Source: an uncultured bacterium (GTDB lineage: Bacteria > UBP7 > UBA6624). From it: DNA of 47,802 bases. The notes beneath the pieces were generated by a model. That model made no database searches. It saw only the letters and a program-made list of their open reading frames with translations, and had not been told where the DNA came from. Of the stretch, positions 9,022 to 18,538 are shown piece by piece. Both the position numbers and the translations under genes were made by a program. Each line of letters starts with the position of its first letter. Position 1 is the stretch's first letter. The DNA lies in NCBI GenBank assembly GCA_964012435.1, contig CAXGSM010000011.1, forward strand, positions 1 through 47,802, written 5' to 3'.

Positions 9022-10299
9022 ATGAAAAGTAAAGACAATTATTTCTATGGAAAATGGGGAAAAGACCTGACTGCCAACAAGATTTTAAAAAAACTAAAAG
9101 AAACACTCGATCCCAACAAAGAGTATTTGCTCGCAGAAGATGGGGCAAGATTCATGGGCAAAAGAGTCAAGGAGGCAATTTCAAGTGAGTTAAACAGCTG
9201 GGGAGTGGGTGTTTTTGAAACCAAAAAGCAAACACTAACCCCTTTTGCAGTAAGGGAAGCGATCAAAAACAATCTTTGTTCTATAGTTGTAACAGCAGGG
9301 TCTTCACCACAGGCCATGATGGGTTTTAAGGTTTTTGACGAAAAGGGTAACCCTCACCCAAAGGTCGGCTTAGAGGGTTTTGAAAATCAAGAAAAGGCAA
9401 AAAAGAAAAGTATCAAGCAGACCCAAATAGATGAGCTTCTTTCAATTAGGAAAAGGCAAAAACCTAAAAAGATAACAATACAAACTTCAAACCCTGTTAT
9501 GGAAAATTTAGCCAAAAAAATTTTTGACACACATACGACTTTTATTTTGAGAGCTGATAGAAATAAACCATACAAACACAGGGTTGACGATGTTGCAAAG
9601 CATGTTTTAAATGAAAATTGTGATTTGGGTTTTGTTTTGGACGATAGCGGCGAAAGATTTTTTGTTGTAGATGATAAGGGTTTTGTGTGGCCTGGCGAAT
9701 GGGTGCAGGTTTTTTTATACAAGGCAGAGTTGGAAAAAAGGAGTGGCGCAATTGTTTGTGCTGTTAACACCAGTAATATTTTTCAAAAAATCGCAAAAGA
9801 ATTAAATCAAAAAATTGTATTCACAACCACACGTGAAAAAGACTTACACAATGCCCTCAAAAAAACAAAAGGTTTAATGGCTGTAAAGAGAGGAAACATC
9901 ACCATACCGTTTCTCCACAATACAGTACCAGATGCACTTTACTGCATTGTTTCATTGATGAATTACCTTCAGAAAACATCAGAACCGCTCTCCAAAACAA
10001 GAACTTCAATCGCTGAGAGTTATGGCAAGGGCATCAAAAGAACATTGATTTTGCAACTGGAGAGATCCGAACATGTTAGGTTGAAGAATTTTTTTAGAGA
10101 AGAACCGGTTATGGATCTTTCAGGCTCACCACTTGTGAGTGTTAGGGATCTTCAGGGGATTAGGACAGATTACGAAAATGGATCTTGGTTTTGGGCAAAC
10201 ACCGAAGAGCATTCCCGTATAGAGGTGACAATGGAGGCAGAAAAAAAATCCACCTTGCAGCAAATGGAGCATGATCTCTTGGAACAAATAAAAAAATAA
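9022..10299 (+). CDS. Phosphohexomutase (PGM/PMM)-fold protein with degenerate catalytic motifs
   Basis: FYGKWG..LT, D.ARF, TP, VTAGSSP...GFKV, DLGFVLDDSGER, and G.R....GSW domain 4 pattern. Confidence 0.7.
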   Translation: MKSKDNYFYGKWGKDLTANKILKKLKETLDPNKEYLLAEDGARFMGKRVKEAISSELNSWGVGVFETKKQTLTPFAVREAIKNNLCSIVVTAGSSPQAMMGFKVFDEKGNPHPKVGLEGFENQEKAKKKSIKQTQIDELLSIRKRQKPKKITIQTSNPVMENLAKKIFDTHTTFILRADRNKPYKHRVDDVAKHVLNENCDLGFVLDDSGERFFVVDDKGFVWPGEWVQVFLYKAELEKRSGAIVCAVNTSNIFQKIAKELNQKIVFTTTREKDLHNALKKTKGLMAVKRGNITIPFLHNTVPDALYCIVSLMNYLQKTSEPLSKTRTSIAESYGKGIKRTLILQLERSEHVRLKNFFREEPVMDLSGSPLVSVRDLQGIRTDYENGSWFWANTEEHSRIEVTMEAEKKSTLQQMEHDLLEQIKK

Positions 10300-10325
10300 A
10301 TTCAAAAACCGGTACAATAAAAGTA

Positions 10326-12374
10326 ATGGCAAAAAATAACAAATACACTTCCGATCAAATAACAGTTTTGGAGGGTTTGGAAGCAGTAAGAAAACGTCCA
10401 GCAATGTATATAGGCGACACCGCAGAAGCTGGCCTACACCATTTGGTCTGGGAGGTTGTTGACAACTCTATAGACGAGGCGATGGCGGGTGAATGTACAG
10501 AGATAACCGTAAGGCTTTTGGAAGATGGTTCATGTGAGGTTGAGGATAATGGTAGGGGTATCCCTGTTGACATTCACAAGGTTAAAAAAGTTCCAGCAAT
10601 AGAGTTGGTTCTGGGAACCCTGCATGCCGGCGGTAAGTTTGATGACAAAACATATAAGGTTTCTGGTGGTTTGCATGGTGTTGGTGTTTCATGTGTAAAC
10701 GCCTTGTCAGAAAGGCTCAAAGCAAAGGTTTATAGAGACGGCAAAGAATACGAAATAGACTATTCAAGAGGACACCTTGCCTCCCCATTGAAGACTGTTG
10801 GGAAAACGAAAATAAGAGGTACAAAAATACAATTCTTCCCAGATAGCCAAATCTTTAAAGAAGGTATTATTTTCAATATAAAAACCCTAAAAAGAAGACT
10901 GAAAGAGTTAGCTTACCTCAACCCAGGTTTGAAGATCGTCCTTGAAGACCAAAGGGATGTTGAGGTTTACAGGGAAGAGTTTATTCATGAGGGTGGAATT
11001 TCAGAGTATATAGAGGATTTAACAGAAAATGATCCGACCCTACTTACAACACCATTTTTTTGCGCAAAAGAAGTCAAAGTTAAAAATGGACCAATCGTGC
11101 ATGTTGAACTAGCGCTTCAATTTTTGACACAAAAAAGAGGTGAGACACTGTCTTTTGTTAACAATATTCGAACACAGGGTGGGGGAACCCATGTTACCGG
11201 TTTAAACACAGGGGTTACCAGAACCCTCTTGAAATACATGAAGGATTACAAACTGGAAGATAAAGATGTTTCGCTCGACGGGGAATCTATTAGATACGGA
11301 ATGCAAGCCATTGTGACTGTGCGCCTACATGAACCACAATTTGAAGGACAGACAAAAGGCAAGCTCGGAAGCACTGTTGCAAAAGGTGCTGTTCACTCAA
11401 CCGTTTCGGGCGGCTTGTATAGATGGTTGGAACAAAACCCACAAGAATCAAGGAAAATTGTTTTGCTAGCCGTGACAATCGCCAAAGCTAGCCAAAGAGC
11501 TAAAAAAGCATTTGATCTTGAAAGAAGCAAGGAGAACCTAGGAAGCGGAGTTCTCCCAGGAAAGCTTACTGACTGCATCTCTAAAGACAGAACAAGAACA
11601 GAGCTTTTCATTGTTGAGGGTGACTCTGCAGGTGGTAACTCGAAACAGGCTCGCGATCCACATTTTCAAGCTGTTTTACCCTTAAGAGGTAAGATTTTGA
11701 ATGTTGAAAAAGCAAACACTGAATCAAGATGGCTCAATAACGAAGAGATTAAAGCCCTTATCCAAGCTATCGGTATAGGTTTTACTCCAAGGACTGAATA
11801 CATGGGTGATGAGGAGTTTGAAAAAGAGTTTCCAGACCCCGAAATGCAAGAGGGAGCAAAAACAGTTCGGAGAATCTTTCCATTAAGCGAAAGGGCGTCC
11901 ATTGCACAAACAGGTGTTAATGCACAAAAGTTAAGATATAACAAAATTATCTTTATGACTGATGCTGATGTTGATGGGGCCCATATTAAAACACTTTTGC
12001 TAACCTTCTTTTACAGGCATATGCCATCATTGATTGAAAACGGGCACATATACGCAGCTAGACCACCTTTATACAAAATAAGAGCAGGCAAAGATGAGAA
12101 GTATGTTGTCGATGAAAGGGAAAAAGAAGCTCTTTTGGAGAAATGGGAGGGCAGGAACCCCACCATCATGAGATTCAAGGGCCTAGGTGAAATGGATGCA
12201 GACGAGCTTTGGGAAACAACCATGGATCCAGAAACAAGAATTTTAGAAAGGGTTAAAGTTGAAGATGTTGTAGACGCCGAAAAAACATTCACAGCCCTAA
12301 TGGGTAAAGATGTTTCTGAAAGAAAGGTCTTTATCCAGAAGAACGCAACAAAGGTAATGAATATAGACATTTGA
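10326..12374 (+). CDS. gyrB: DNA gyrase subunit B
   Basis: LEGLEAVRKRPAMYIG, EVVDNSIDE, SGGLHGVG, VEGDSAGG, PLRGKILN, TDADVDG, RFKGLGEM. Confidence 0.93.
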   Translation: MAKNNKYTSDQITVLEGLEAVRKRPAMYIGDTAEAGLHHLVWEVVDNSIDEAMAGECTEITVRLLEDGSCEVEDNGRGIPVDIHKVKKVPAIELVLGTLHAGGKFDDKTYKVSGGLHGVGVSCVNALSERLKAKVYRDGKEYEIDYSRGHLASPLKTVGKTKIRGTKIQFFPDSQIFKEGIIFNIKTLKRRLKELAYLNPGLKIVLEDQRDVEVYREEFIHEGGISEYIEDLTENDPTLLTTPFFCAKEVKVKNGPIVHVELALQFLTQKRGETLSFVNNIRTQGGGTHVTGLNTGVTRTLLKYMKDYKLEDKDVSLDGESIRYGMQAIVTVRLHEPQFEGQTKGKLGSTVAKGAVHSTVSGGLYRWLEQNPQESRKIVLLAVTIAKASQRAKKAFDLERSKENLGSGVLPGKLTDCISKDRTRTELFIVEGDSAGGNSKQARDPHFQAVLPLRGKILNVEKANTESRWLNNEEIKALIQAIGIGFTPRTEYMGDEEFEKEFPDPEMQEGAKTVRRIFPLSERASIAQTGVNAQKLRYNKIIFMTDADVDGAHIKTLLLTFFYRHMPSLIENGHIYAARPPLYKIRAGKDEKYVVDEREKEALLEKWEGRNPTIMRFKGLGEMDADELWETTMDPETRILERVKVEDVVDAEKTFTALMGKDVSERKVFIQKNATKVMNIDI

Positions 12375-12399
12375 TTCTTTTTTCAGTTTCAACTAAAAA

Positions 12400-13284
12400 A
12401 TGACTGACTTTTTCATACCTGTTTTCTCATTTGTCCTAACAGCTTCCCTGTCTTTCTATTTCGCAAACAGCTCTAAAGATGCCAATATTTTCAAACAAAG
12501 GAACACGGGCGGTAAGGGCCAGCCTGGAAAGCTCGTAGGTGGTTGGGCTATTATGTTTGGTTTGTTTGGGTGTTTTCTTGCCTATCAAAATTTAAATATC
12601 GGTATAAATATTTTAGTACCAGTTGTACCATTGTTTTTTCTTGCATTTTTTTTGATAGGTTTTTTTGATGATCTGTACGGGATGAAAGCACTTCAGAAAC
12701 TTTTTTTTCAAACCCTTGTTTTTTGTTGGTTTTTATCTAATTTTGATTTGAGCCTATATCAGATTTTTTCTTTGTTGCTTTTAGGTTTAATCACAATCAA
12801 CGGTTTTAATTTTTTAGATGGAATCAATGGTTTGCTGCCATTGATTTGTTTTGTTTTGTTTCTTCAGCCAGGACAGTATCTCGCAACCTCTTTTATTGCA
12901 TTAGGGGTTGGCTATTCAAGTTTAAAAAAACGAAACATTTATCTTGGCGATTCAGGCTCATTACTGCTTGGATCAATAGCATTTTGGATTGCAGTTACAC
13001 AACTTGGAGGACCTGAATCGTTTGATCCCACAAATCATTTTCGTTTTTTTGTTTTGTTTTTTTTCCTACCCTTCCTGGATGTGTTTTGGGCCATCATAAG
13101 AAGAACTTTTTTTGGCCCAAGTGAACAAAAAAATTTTTTAAATTTATTTAAAAAAATATCCAAACCAGACCGAAGGCATATCCATCATGTTTTTAAAAAA
13201 GAATATGGTGAGTTAGCCACAATCATTGTTTTTATGCTTGTGACATGGGTAACAACTAATTTTGCTTTGAGTTTTTTGGCTTAA
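12400..13284 (+). CDS. MraY/WecA-like polyprenyl-phosphate HexNAc-1-phosphate transferase (Glycos_transf_4)
   Basis: Multi-TM; GFFDD, NGFNFLDGINGL, YLGDSGS, PFLD, PDRRHIHH. Confidence 0.85.
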   Translation: MTDFFIPVFSFVLTASLSFYFANSSKDANIFKQRNTGGKGQPGKLVGGWAIMFGLFGCFLAYQNLNIGINILVPVVPLFFLAFFLIGFFDDLYGMKALQKLFFQTLVFCWFLSNFDLSLYQIFSLLLLGLITINGFNFLDGINGLLPLICFVLFLQPGQYLATSFIALGVGYSSLKKRNIYLGDSGSLLLGSIAFWIAVTQLGGPESFDPTNHFRFFVLFFFLPFLDVFWAIIRRTFFGPSEQKNFLNLFKKISKPDRRHIHHVFKKEYGELATIIVFMLVTWVTTNFALSFLA

Positions 13285-14450
13285 CAGCTTTCAAGCGCAA
13301 GAGCAAATCCCATCCCACCACTCACACACAATGTTGCGAGGCCACGCGTACCTTTGCCCATCCTCTTTATCGAATGCGACAGTGTTGAGGTGATTCTTGC
13401 CCCAGTGCATCCAATCGGGTGCCCAAGAGCTATTGCACCACCATAAGGATTAAGTTTCTTGTTATCTATGTTGAGGTGTTTTTGGCAAGCTAAAACCTGC
13501 GCTGCAAACGCTTCATTAAGCTCCACATGCTGATAGCTGGATGTTTTCCAATTGGTTATCTTTTCTAATTTTGCACATGCAGATACAGGCCCGATTCCCA
13601 TATGTGTCGGTGCTACACCAGTGTCACAAAACCCAACAATTTTAGCCAAAGCACCAACTGGTGGAGCCGTGTCTTGAACAAGAAGCATTGATGCAGCCCC
13701 ATCCGCCATGGAACAACTTGTCCCTGGTGTTATGGTCCCCCCTTGGTCTTCCTTTAGAAAAACTGTTGGCAGTTTTGCCAATTTTTCAGGGTTTGGATTT
13801 CTCCTAATGGTTTCATCATTTGTGATTGTTGATTTTTTCGTCTCAACAGCAAACATTTCGTTTTCAAAAATGCCGTCATCAGTAGCATTTTGAGCTTTGC
13901 TATGACTTTGAATAGCAAAATCCTCCTGCGCAAGTCGATCAATACCACTTTCCTTCGCAAGCGTTTCAGCGGTTAGACCCATTAACTGGTTTGCTAGTGG
14001 GCAAAAAAATCCATCTTTATAATTTGCATCCCAACCCTTTATGTTGCCATAACCCTTGCCCCATCTGGATTCAAACAAATAATGAGGAAGCGAACTCATT
14101 GACTCTATACCGCCAGCAACTACTGCCCTAGAGTCTCCATTTTGAAGCTCGTAAAAAGCATGTTTTATTGCCAAAAGACTCGAGGCACAAGCCTGATTCA
14201 CAGTGTATGAGGTTGCTGATTCGCTCAAACCAGATCGAATACTTATCTGTCTTGAGGGATTTGGCCCACTGCCACCCTGTCTCCCATGACCAAAGATGGT
14301 CAGATCAACATCACTTGGACCAAACCCACTTTGTTCAAGCATTTTTTGTGTTGCTAATGCACCTAAATCTACAGCACTAAAACCCTTAAAACCACCACCA
14401 AACTTCCCAATTGGTGTTCTTTGGGCGGAAACAATCCAAACAGATTTCAA
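13281..14450 (-). CDS. Acetyl-CoA C-acyltransferase (thiolase)
   Basis: RTPIG, NQACAS, GGIESMS, NEAFA, GAIALGHPIG, LCVSGG. Confidence 0.93.
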   Translation of the reverse strand: MKSVWIVSAQRTPIGKFGGGFKGFSAVDLGALATQKMLEQSGFGPSDVDLTIFGHGRQGGSGPNPSRQISIRSGLSESATSYTVNQACASSLLAIKHAFYELQNGDSRAVVAGGIESMSSLPHYLFESRWGKGYGNIKGWDANYKDGFFCPLANQLMGLTAETLAKESGIDRLAQEDFAIQSHSKAQNATDDGIFENEMFAVETKKSTITNDETIRRNPNPEKLAKLPTVFLKEDQGGTITPGTSCSMADGAASMLLVQDTAPPVGALAKIVGFCDTGVAPTHMGIGPVSACAKLEKITNWKTSSYQHVELNEAFAAQVLACQKHLNIDNKKLNPYGGAIALGHPIGCTGARITSTLSHSIKRMGKGTRGLATLCVSGGMGFALALESC

Positions 14451-14920
14451 AATTGTTTTGGTAGTGATGGTCTCACTTTTTCAATAAGATAAAACATAAC
14501 CTCTTCAGGAGATGCATGTTGGTTTTTTCTTGCCCAAGCAACCAAAATCCGTATCTCACCAGCACTTGGTCTCAGGAAATCAGCATCTTCACTCTCCAAA
14601 AAGCGACGAACAGACACAGGAATGCCTTGGGGATTTTTTGGTATAGCTCCAGGTGTTACTTGAGTTTGAGTGTAATCAACATCACCGGAATCATCTTCAA
14701 CAGGTGGAGAGGAGGATCCTGGTTCGAGCAGACTTGTTTCCGAGACACCATAAAGATTTACCAACCTTTTCAAAACTTCCTTACTTGGGTTTTTCCTCAA
14801 ACCCCTTTCAAGAAGTGATATATACACAGCAGATATTCCAACCTCTTTAGCGACATCATTCAAGGTAAGACCTTTTTGTTGTCTTAGTTTTGCAAGCTTT
14901 TGTCCAATTAAAACACTCAT
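14447..14920 (-). CDS. XRE-family helix-turn-helix transcriptional regulator
   Basis: IGQKLAKLRQQKGLTLNDVAKEVGISAVYISLLERG..NPS; start trimmed to ATG 14920 because the longer ORF runs through the tRNA. Confidence 0.85.
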   Translation of the reverse strand: MSVLIGQKLAKLRQQKGLTLNDVAKEVGISAVYISLLERGLRKNPSKEVLKRLVNLYGVSETSLLEPGSSSPPVEDDSGDVDYTQTQVTPGAIPKNPQGIPVSVRRFLESEDADFLRPSAGEIRILVAWARKNQHASPEEVMFYLIEKVRPSLPKQF

Positions 14921-14931
14921 AATATCAAGCA

Positions 14932-15014
14932 TGCCGGTGAAGGGACTCGAACCCCCACGTCCTTGCGGACAACGGATTTTAAGTCCGTCGCGTCTACCAT
15001 TCCGCCACACCGGC
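14932..15014 (-). tRNA. tRNA-Leu (anticodon TAA)
   Basis: GCCGGTG...GGTAGACGCG ACGGA CT TAA AA TCCGT, long variable arm, GGTTCGAGTCCC, acceptor CACCGGC-A; CCA not encoded. Confidence 0.95.
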
Positions 15015-15040
15015 AGCAATAATAAATGATAATATCCATA

Positions 15041-15607
15041 ATGATTAAATGGTTTTCTAAACTGAATAAAAAGGTTACCTTTTCACTATATTTGCCGCCA
15101 TATGCGCCAAAAAAAGGTGTAAGGTTGCAGCAAAAGCATGAAACTACAATATTAATAAACCCACGAACCAACAATCAAATTGCCGACGGTATATTTGCAA
15201 ACAAGCCAGGACAGTATTGGATTAAAACCGCAGATTGCACCTGTGTCGCTTTTGTTGGAAGAACATCAGCCGGTATTGTCCATGCAGGATGGAGGGGTCT
15301 TGCCTCTGGAATATGCCAGAAAATGAAGAGTTTTTTTGACGAAGAAATTGATGTGCATGTTTTTCCTTTTGCCAAAAAATGTTGTTATGAGTTTGGAAAA
15401 GAAGAAGGAATAAAATATTTCGGAAAATCTTATCTGACCAAGAACGACAATAGGTTCTACCTTGATATGGACCGGATCCTGCATGATCAACTAGGTAGCA
15501 ATATAAGCCTAAGTAAAGAGTGCACAATCTGTTCAAAAGACCTTGCTTCAAGAAGGGGAAATAAAAAAGGTTTTAATTGGATTAAGATGGAAATTAGTGA
15601 CATTTAA
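15041..15607 (+). CDS. pgeF: YfiH/PgeF-family (multicopper oxidase-like/purine nucleoside phosphorylase) protein
   Basis: QKH, ADG, KTADC, HAGWRG, CCYE, CTIC; alternative start at 15026. Confidence 0.85.
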   Translation: MIKWFSKLNKKVTFSLYLPPYAPKKGVRLQQKHETTILINPRTNNQIADGIFANKPGQYWIKTADCTCVAFVGRTSAGIVHAGWRGLASGICQKMKSFFDEEIDVHVFPFAKKCCYEFGKEEGIKYFGKSYLTKNDNRFYLDMDRILHDQLGSNISLSKECTICSKDLASRRGNKKGFNWIKMEISDI

Positions 15608-15941
15608 TAAAAAAACAATCATATCTTTGATAGCCTGCCTGTTTGGTGGGTTTTCTCCATGGTACAACAGTGCAACACTGAATGAGACTTCAGCAGTCAA
15701 GATACTTTTAATAGTGTCTTGTGCAATATTGGCTATAGCTAAAAACTATAAGGAAGACAAGAATCTTGCTCTGATGTCATGGTTGCTTTTCTTCTCAGTG
15801 TGTCTCAATATCGGATCAACATTGGTTATCAGCCGTAACCCGGTTGATTTGTTAGGTTTGGGAAGCTTTTGCACCATATTCAACTCAATCTTCCTTTTGT
15901 TTCCCTTTAAAAATAACCAGAAAACAAATATATCCCTATAA
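15597..15941 (+). CDS. Small hypothetical membrane protein
   Basis: About 4 hydrophobic segments; start uncertain (GTG 15597, or 15543 as in the track). Confidence 0.5.
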   Translation: MTFNKKTIISLIACLFGGFSPWYNSATLNETSAVKILLIVSCAILAIAKNYKEDKNLALMSWLLFFSVCLNIGSTLVISRNPVDLLGLGSFCTIFNSIFLLFPFKNNQKTNISL

Positions 15942-15979
15942 TCTAATAGAGTAACTATTTTTTTGGAGGTTTGTAAACT

Positions 15980-17314
15980 ATGAAAAAGATCTTATTGTTA
16001 GCACTAGCATTTGTGCTTTCTTTTAACCTAAAGGCAGGAGCTTTTGATGACGTTCCTGTAGACCATTGGGCGTATGATGCCGTTGAATATCTTGCAGCAA
16101 AAGGCTATGTGATTGGCTACCCTGATGAGGAGTTTAAAGGTGATCAGCAAATGACAAGATATGAATGGGCGGTTATGCTCGCAAGGCTTGAAAGAGACCT
16201 GGCTATGCGATTTGGCGGAAGCGAAGGCGGCACACCCGATGATGTTTCTGGCTTAATGGCTATGCTAAGAGGTGAGTTTGACGCTGAACTTAATGAAGTT
16301 AGGGCTGCTATTGCTGCTAATGAATTGAGAATTGATGCTCTTTCTGGCGAGGTTATGGACCTTTGGAGCGAGGTTGAGAATTTAGATGACAGGATCAGTA
16401 GGATTGGCCCAGGTGGCGGTCCAGGATTTGCTTTTACTTATGCGTTTGAGCTCAATGAGCAGCAAGGTGGTGGCAATAACGAAGAAAACCTTTGGGGCCA
16501 CATGCGAATGGACATGGCCCATGAATCAGGTGATTTCATGTTTGGCATGTCTTTGCAAACCGAACTTGACGATGCTCGACAAGGTATGAAAAACATGTTT
16601 ATGAGAGGAGGACCATGGGTGCCCCTAACATCAAATGATTTTGACGGAAATGGAAATGGTGATTCAAGGAATTGGGCTTTTGACCTTCATGAGGCATATA
16701 TGGTCTACAACGGTAAATCATCTGCAAATGGTTTGGATTATGTGGTCGGAAGGTTTGAACCTTTCTGGACACAATCCAGTTTCTCATGGAACCCTTACCA
16801 GGCATTCGAAGGTGCTGTTGTGGGTGGCGAACTGAAAGATTACAGGTTTGTCACAGGTTGGATGGATGACAGTGATGGTTTCGGTAGCGAAGTAACATTC
16901 TTGCAAGCGACTTCAGACTCATTGGTTTTTGGTCTTCCTGGAACTTTTGGATGGACTGAAAACTCAGGCGGCAAGGTTGGTAGCATTGCATCTACATTAA
17001 ACCTCATAAATAAAGATCTTCATGTCACATATCTTTGGGACACTGGATCACAAAACTCTGGTGACAGCAGTTATGAGGTGAAGACAAATGTAAACTTGCT
17101 TGATGGTTGGGATGGAAGTATGGCATGGAGGAAAACAGGAGTTACATCAAACATGTTTGGTTCCTTCAACAACGGTGTTGATTATCTATCGTTAGGCTTG
17201 TCAAGACAAGCAGCTGACAATGTGAAAATGTCCTGGATGCTTGACTGGGGCAACGCAGCTGGCAGCAACGACAATAATTGGCAGTTGTCATGGAATGTAA
17301 AGGGTAGCTTTTAA
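15980..17314 (+). CDS. SLH-domain outer-membrane protein (SLH + coiled coil + putative beta-barrel; OmpM/SlpA-like)
   Basis: Signal peptide; FDDVPVDHWAYDAV..LAAKG...GYPD..FKG...TRYE.A SLH motif; heptad region; Gly/Trp-rich strands ending in C-terminal Phe. TATAAT at 15937 and GGAGG at 15965. Confidence 0.85.
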   Translation: MKKILLLALAFVLSFNLKAGAFDDVPVDHWAYDAVEYLAAKGYVIGYPDEEFKGDQQMTRYEWAVMLARLERDLAMRFGGSEGGTPDDVSGLMAMLRGEFDAELNEVRAAIAANELRIDALSGEVMDLWSEVENLDDRISRIGPGGGPGFAFTYAFELNEQQGGGNNEENLWGHMRMDMAHESGDFMFGMSLQTELDDARQGMKNMFMRGGPWVPLTSNDFDGNGNGDSRNWAFDLHEAYMVYNGKSSANGLDYVVGRFEPFWTQSSFSWNPYQAFEGAVVGGELKDYRFVTGWMDDSDGFGSEVTFLQATSDSLVFGLPGTFGWTENSGGKVGSIASTLNLINKDLHVTYLWDTGSQNSGDSSYEVKTNVNLLDGWDGSMAWRKTGVTSNMFGSFNNGVDYLSLGLSRQAADNVKMSWMLDWGNAAGSNDNNWQLSWNVKGSF

Positions 17315-17347
17315 TTCCTGAACAAAAACATACAAGGTGATGATGCT

Positions 17348-18448
17348 TTGGCGGTTTATGCCGCTCAAAGCATCGTTGCCAAACATAAGCCAGGGTTCTG
17401 GCTTAAACACCCACGAGAAAAAAAATCAAGACACCCGGAAGAACCTTATGTTTTTCTTGGAACACCACCCACTGGCATAACACATCAATATCTAAAGGCA
17501 AAATTACATCTTGGAGACAGGTCAGTTGATGTGTGTTCTAATCCAGTTCAGTTTTGTTCCAGGATTCAAGAGATTGAAGGGTGCCCAGAAGAGATTTCCG
17601 ATTTATTGGTTGCTGCACAAACTCGCGATTGGGACAAGCATACACTCGAATATCTAGCCCAAAAAGCTGGAATCCCACTAGATAGAAGTTTTTCCTTTTT
17701 TCCACCCATGAAAGAGTACAGGTTCACAACACACCAAAATTCAAATTGGGTGAAATGGATGCAGTTGCTACTTGTTGCAACAGGCTCTAGCCAACCATCC
17801 GAAAACAGACTAACCGGTATAGCTGAGCTTTTGAAGCAGGATATCAAGCCTTGGATGATGCTTGGTGTTCAAACATGGAGAACAGAAATTGAGAGTTTAT
17901 GGAAAGCCTCAGGCGGGTCCATAGTTGATGAAGCCGAAGTTACTAATTGCAATATTTCTACCGATGTAATAGGTGAAAAAATAGGCTGGCCTCAATCAAG
18001 GTTTGTTCAGGTTGTTGGTTCTGCAAATGGCAAACACTCAGGAGAGTTACATGTGTCCCAACCAATACCAGAAGCATCACCCATTGATGAAAATCTTATT
18101 GTGGGCTGCATGAGGATGGGCGATTCAGATTCACCCGCAAAAGATGGCAGACGTGTATTTGTTGGTGCTTGGTTTGATAATGCATGGTTTGCTGATTCAA
18201 TGTTTGCCAAAAGACGTATTCACAAGATCCTTAAAGCCAAAGCAAATGAGTGGTATTCAGATTTTACGGAAGAGGAATACCATATTCCAAATCAACCCAC
18301 TAGAACTGATGGTGCATTCGACAGGAAACCATCAAATAAAAATTACAGGAAATTGCAACAAACCTTAAATGGAAATCGTATGTTGGGCATTTTAGGCCTG
18401 CCTAAAAGTTTTCATTTCGCTAAAACGGAATCAAAAATATTTAACTGA
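17348..18448 (+). CDS. Hypothetical protein
   Basis: 366-aa ORF filling the gap between the SLH gene and the tRNAs; no motif recognised with confidence; start could be CTG 17318. Confidence 0.6.
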   Translation: MAVYAAQSIVAKHKPGFWLKHPREKKSRHPEEPYVFLGTPPTGITHQYLKAKLHLGDRSVDVCSNPVQFCSRIQEIEGCPEEISDLLVAAQTRDWDKHTLEYLAQKAGIPLDRSFSFFPPMKEYRFTTHQNSNWVKWMQLLLVATGSSQPSENRLTGIAELLKQDIKPWMMLGVQTWRTEIESLWKASGGSIVDEAEVTNCNISTDVIGEKIGWPQSRFVQVVGSANGKHSGELHVSQPIPEASPIDENLIVGCMRMGDSDSPAKDGRRVFVGAWFDNAWFADSMFAKRRIHKILKAKANEWYSDFTEEEYHIPNQPTRTDGAFDRKPSNKNYRKLQQTLNGNRMLGILGLPKSFHFAKTESKIFN

Positions 18449-18449
18449 A

Positions 18450-18522
18450 CACGCTCGAGAGGACTCGAACCTCTAGCCTAGGCCTTAGGAGGGCCTCGCT
18501 CTGCCTGTTGAGCTACGAGCGC
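18450..18522 (-). tRNA. tRNA-Arg (anticodon CCT)
   Basis: GCGCTCG TA GCTC AACAGGCA GAGC G AGGCC CT CCT AA GGCCT AGGCT AGAGG TTCGAGT CCTCT CGAGCGT G. Confidence 0.92.
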
Positions 18523-18538
18523 TTATCCAGTTGCAAAA

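Noticed and set aside
14447..15014. Prophage or integrative element at tRNA-Leu (XRE gene nearby)
   Set aside because: No integrase, att duplication or phage genes; neighbours are housekeeping genes.
14921..15019. N-terminal extension of the XRE ORF in the track
   Set aside because: It is the tRNA-Leu gene read in frame.
17312..17348. Stop-codon readthrough fusing the SLH protein to the next ORF
   Set aside because: The SLH protein ends in a proper C-terminal Phe barrel signal; same-frame adjacency is expected by chance.
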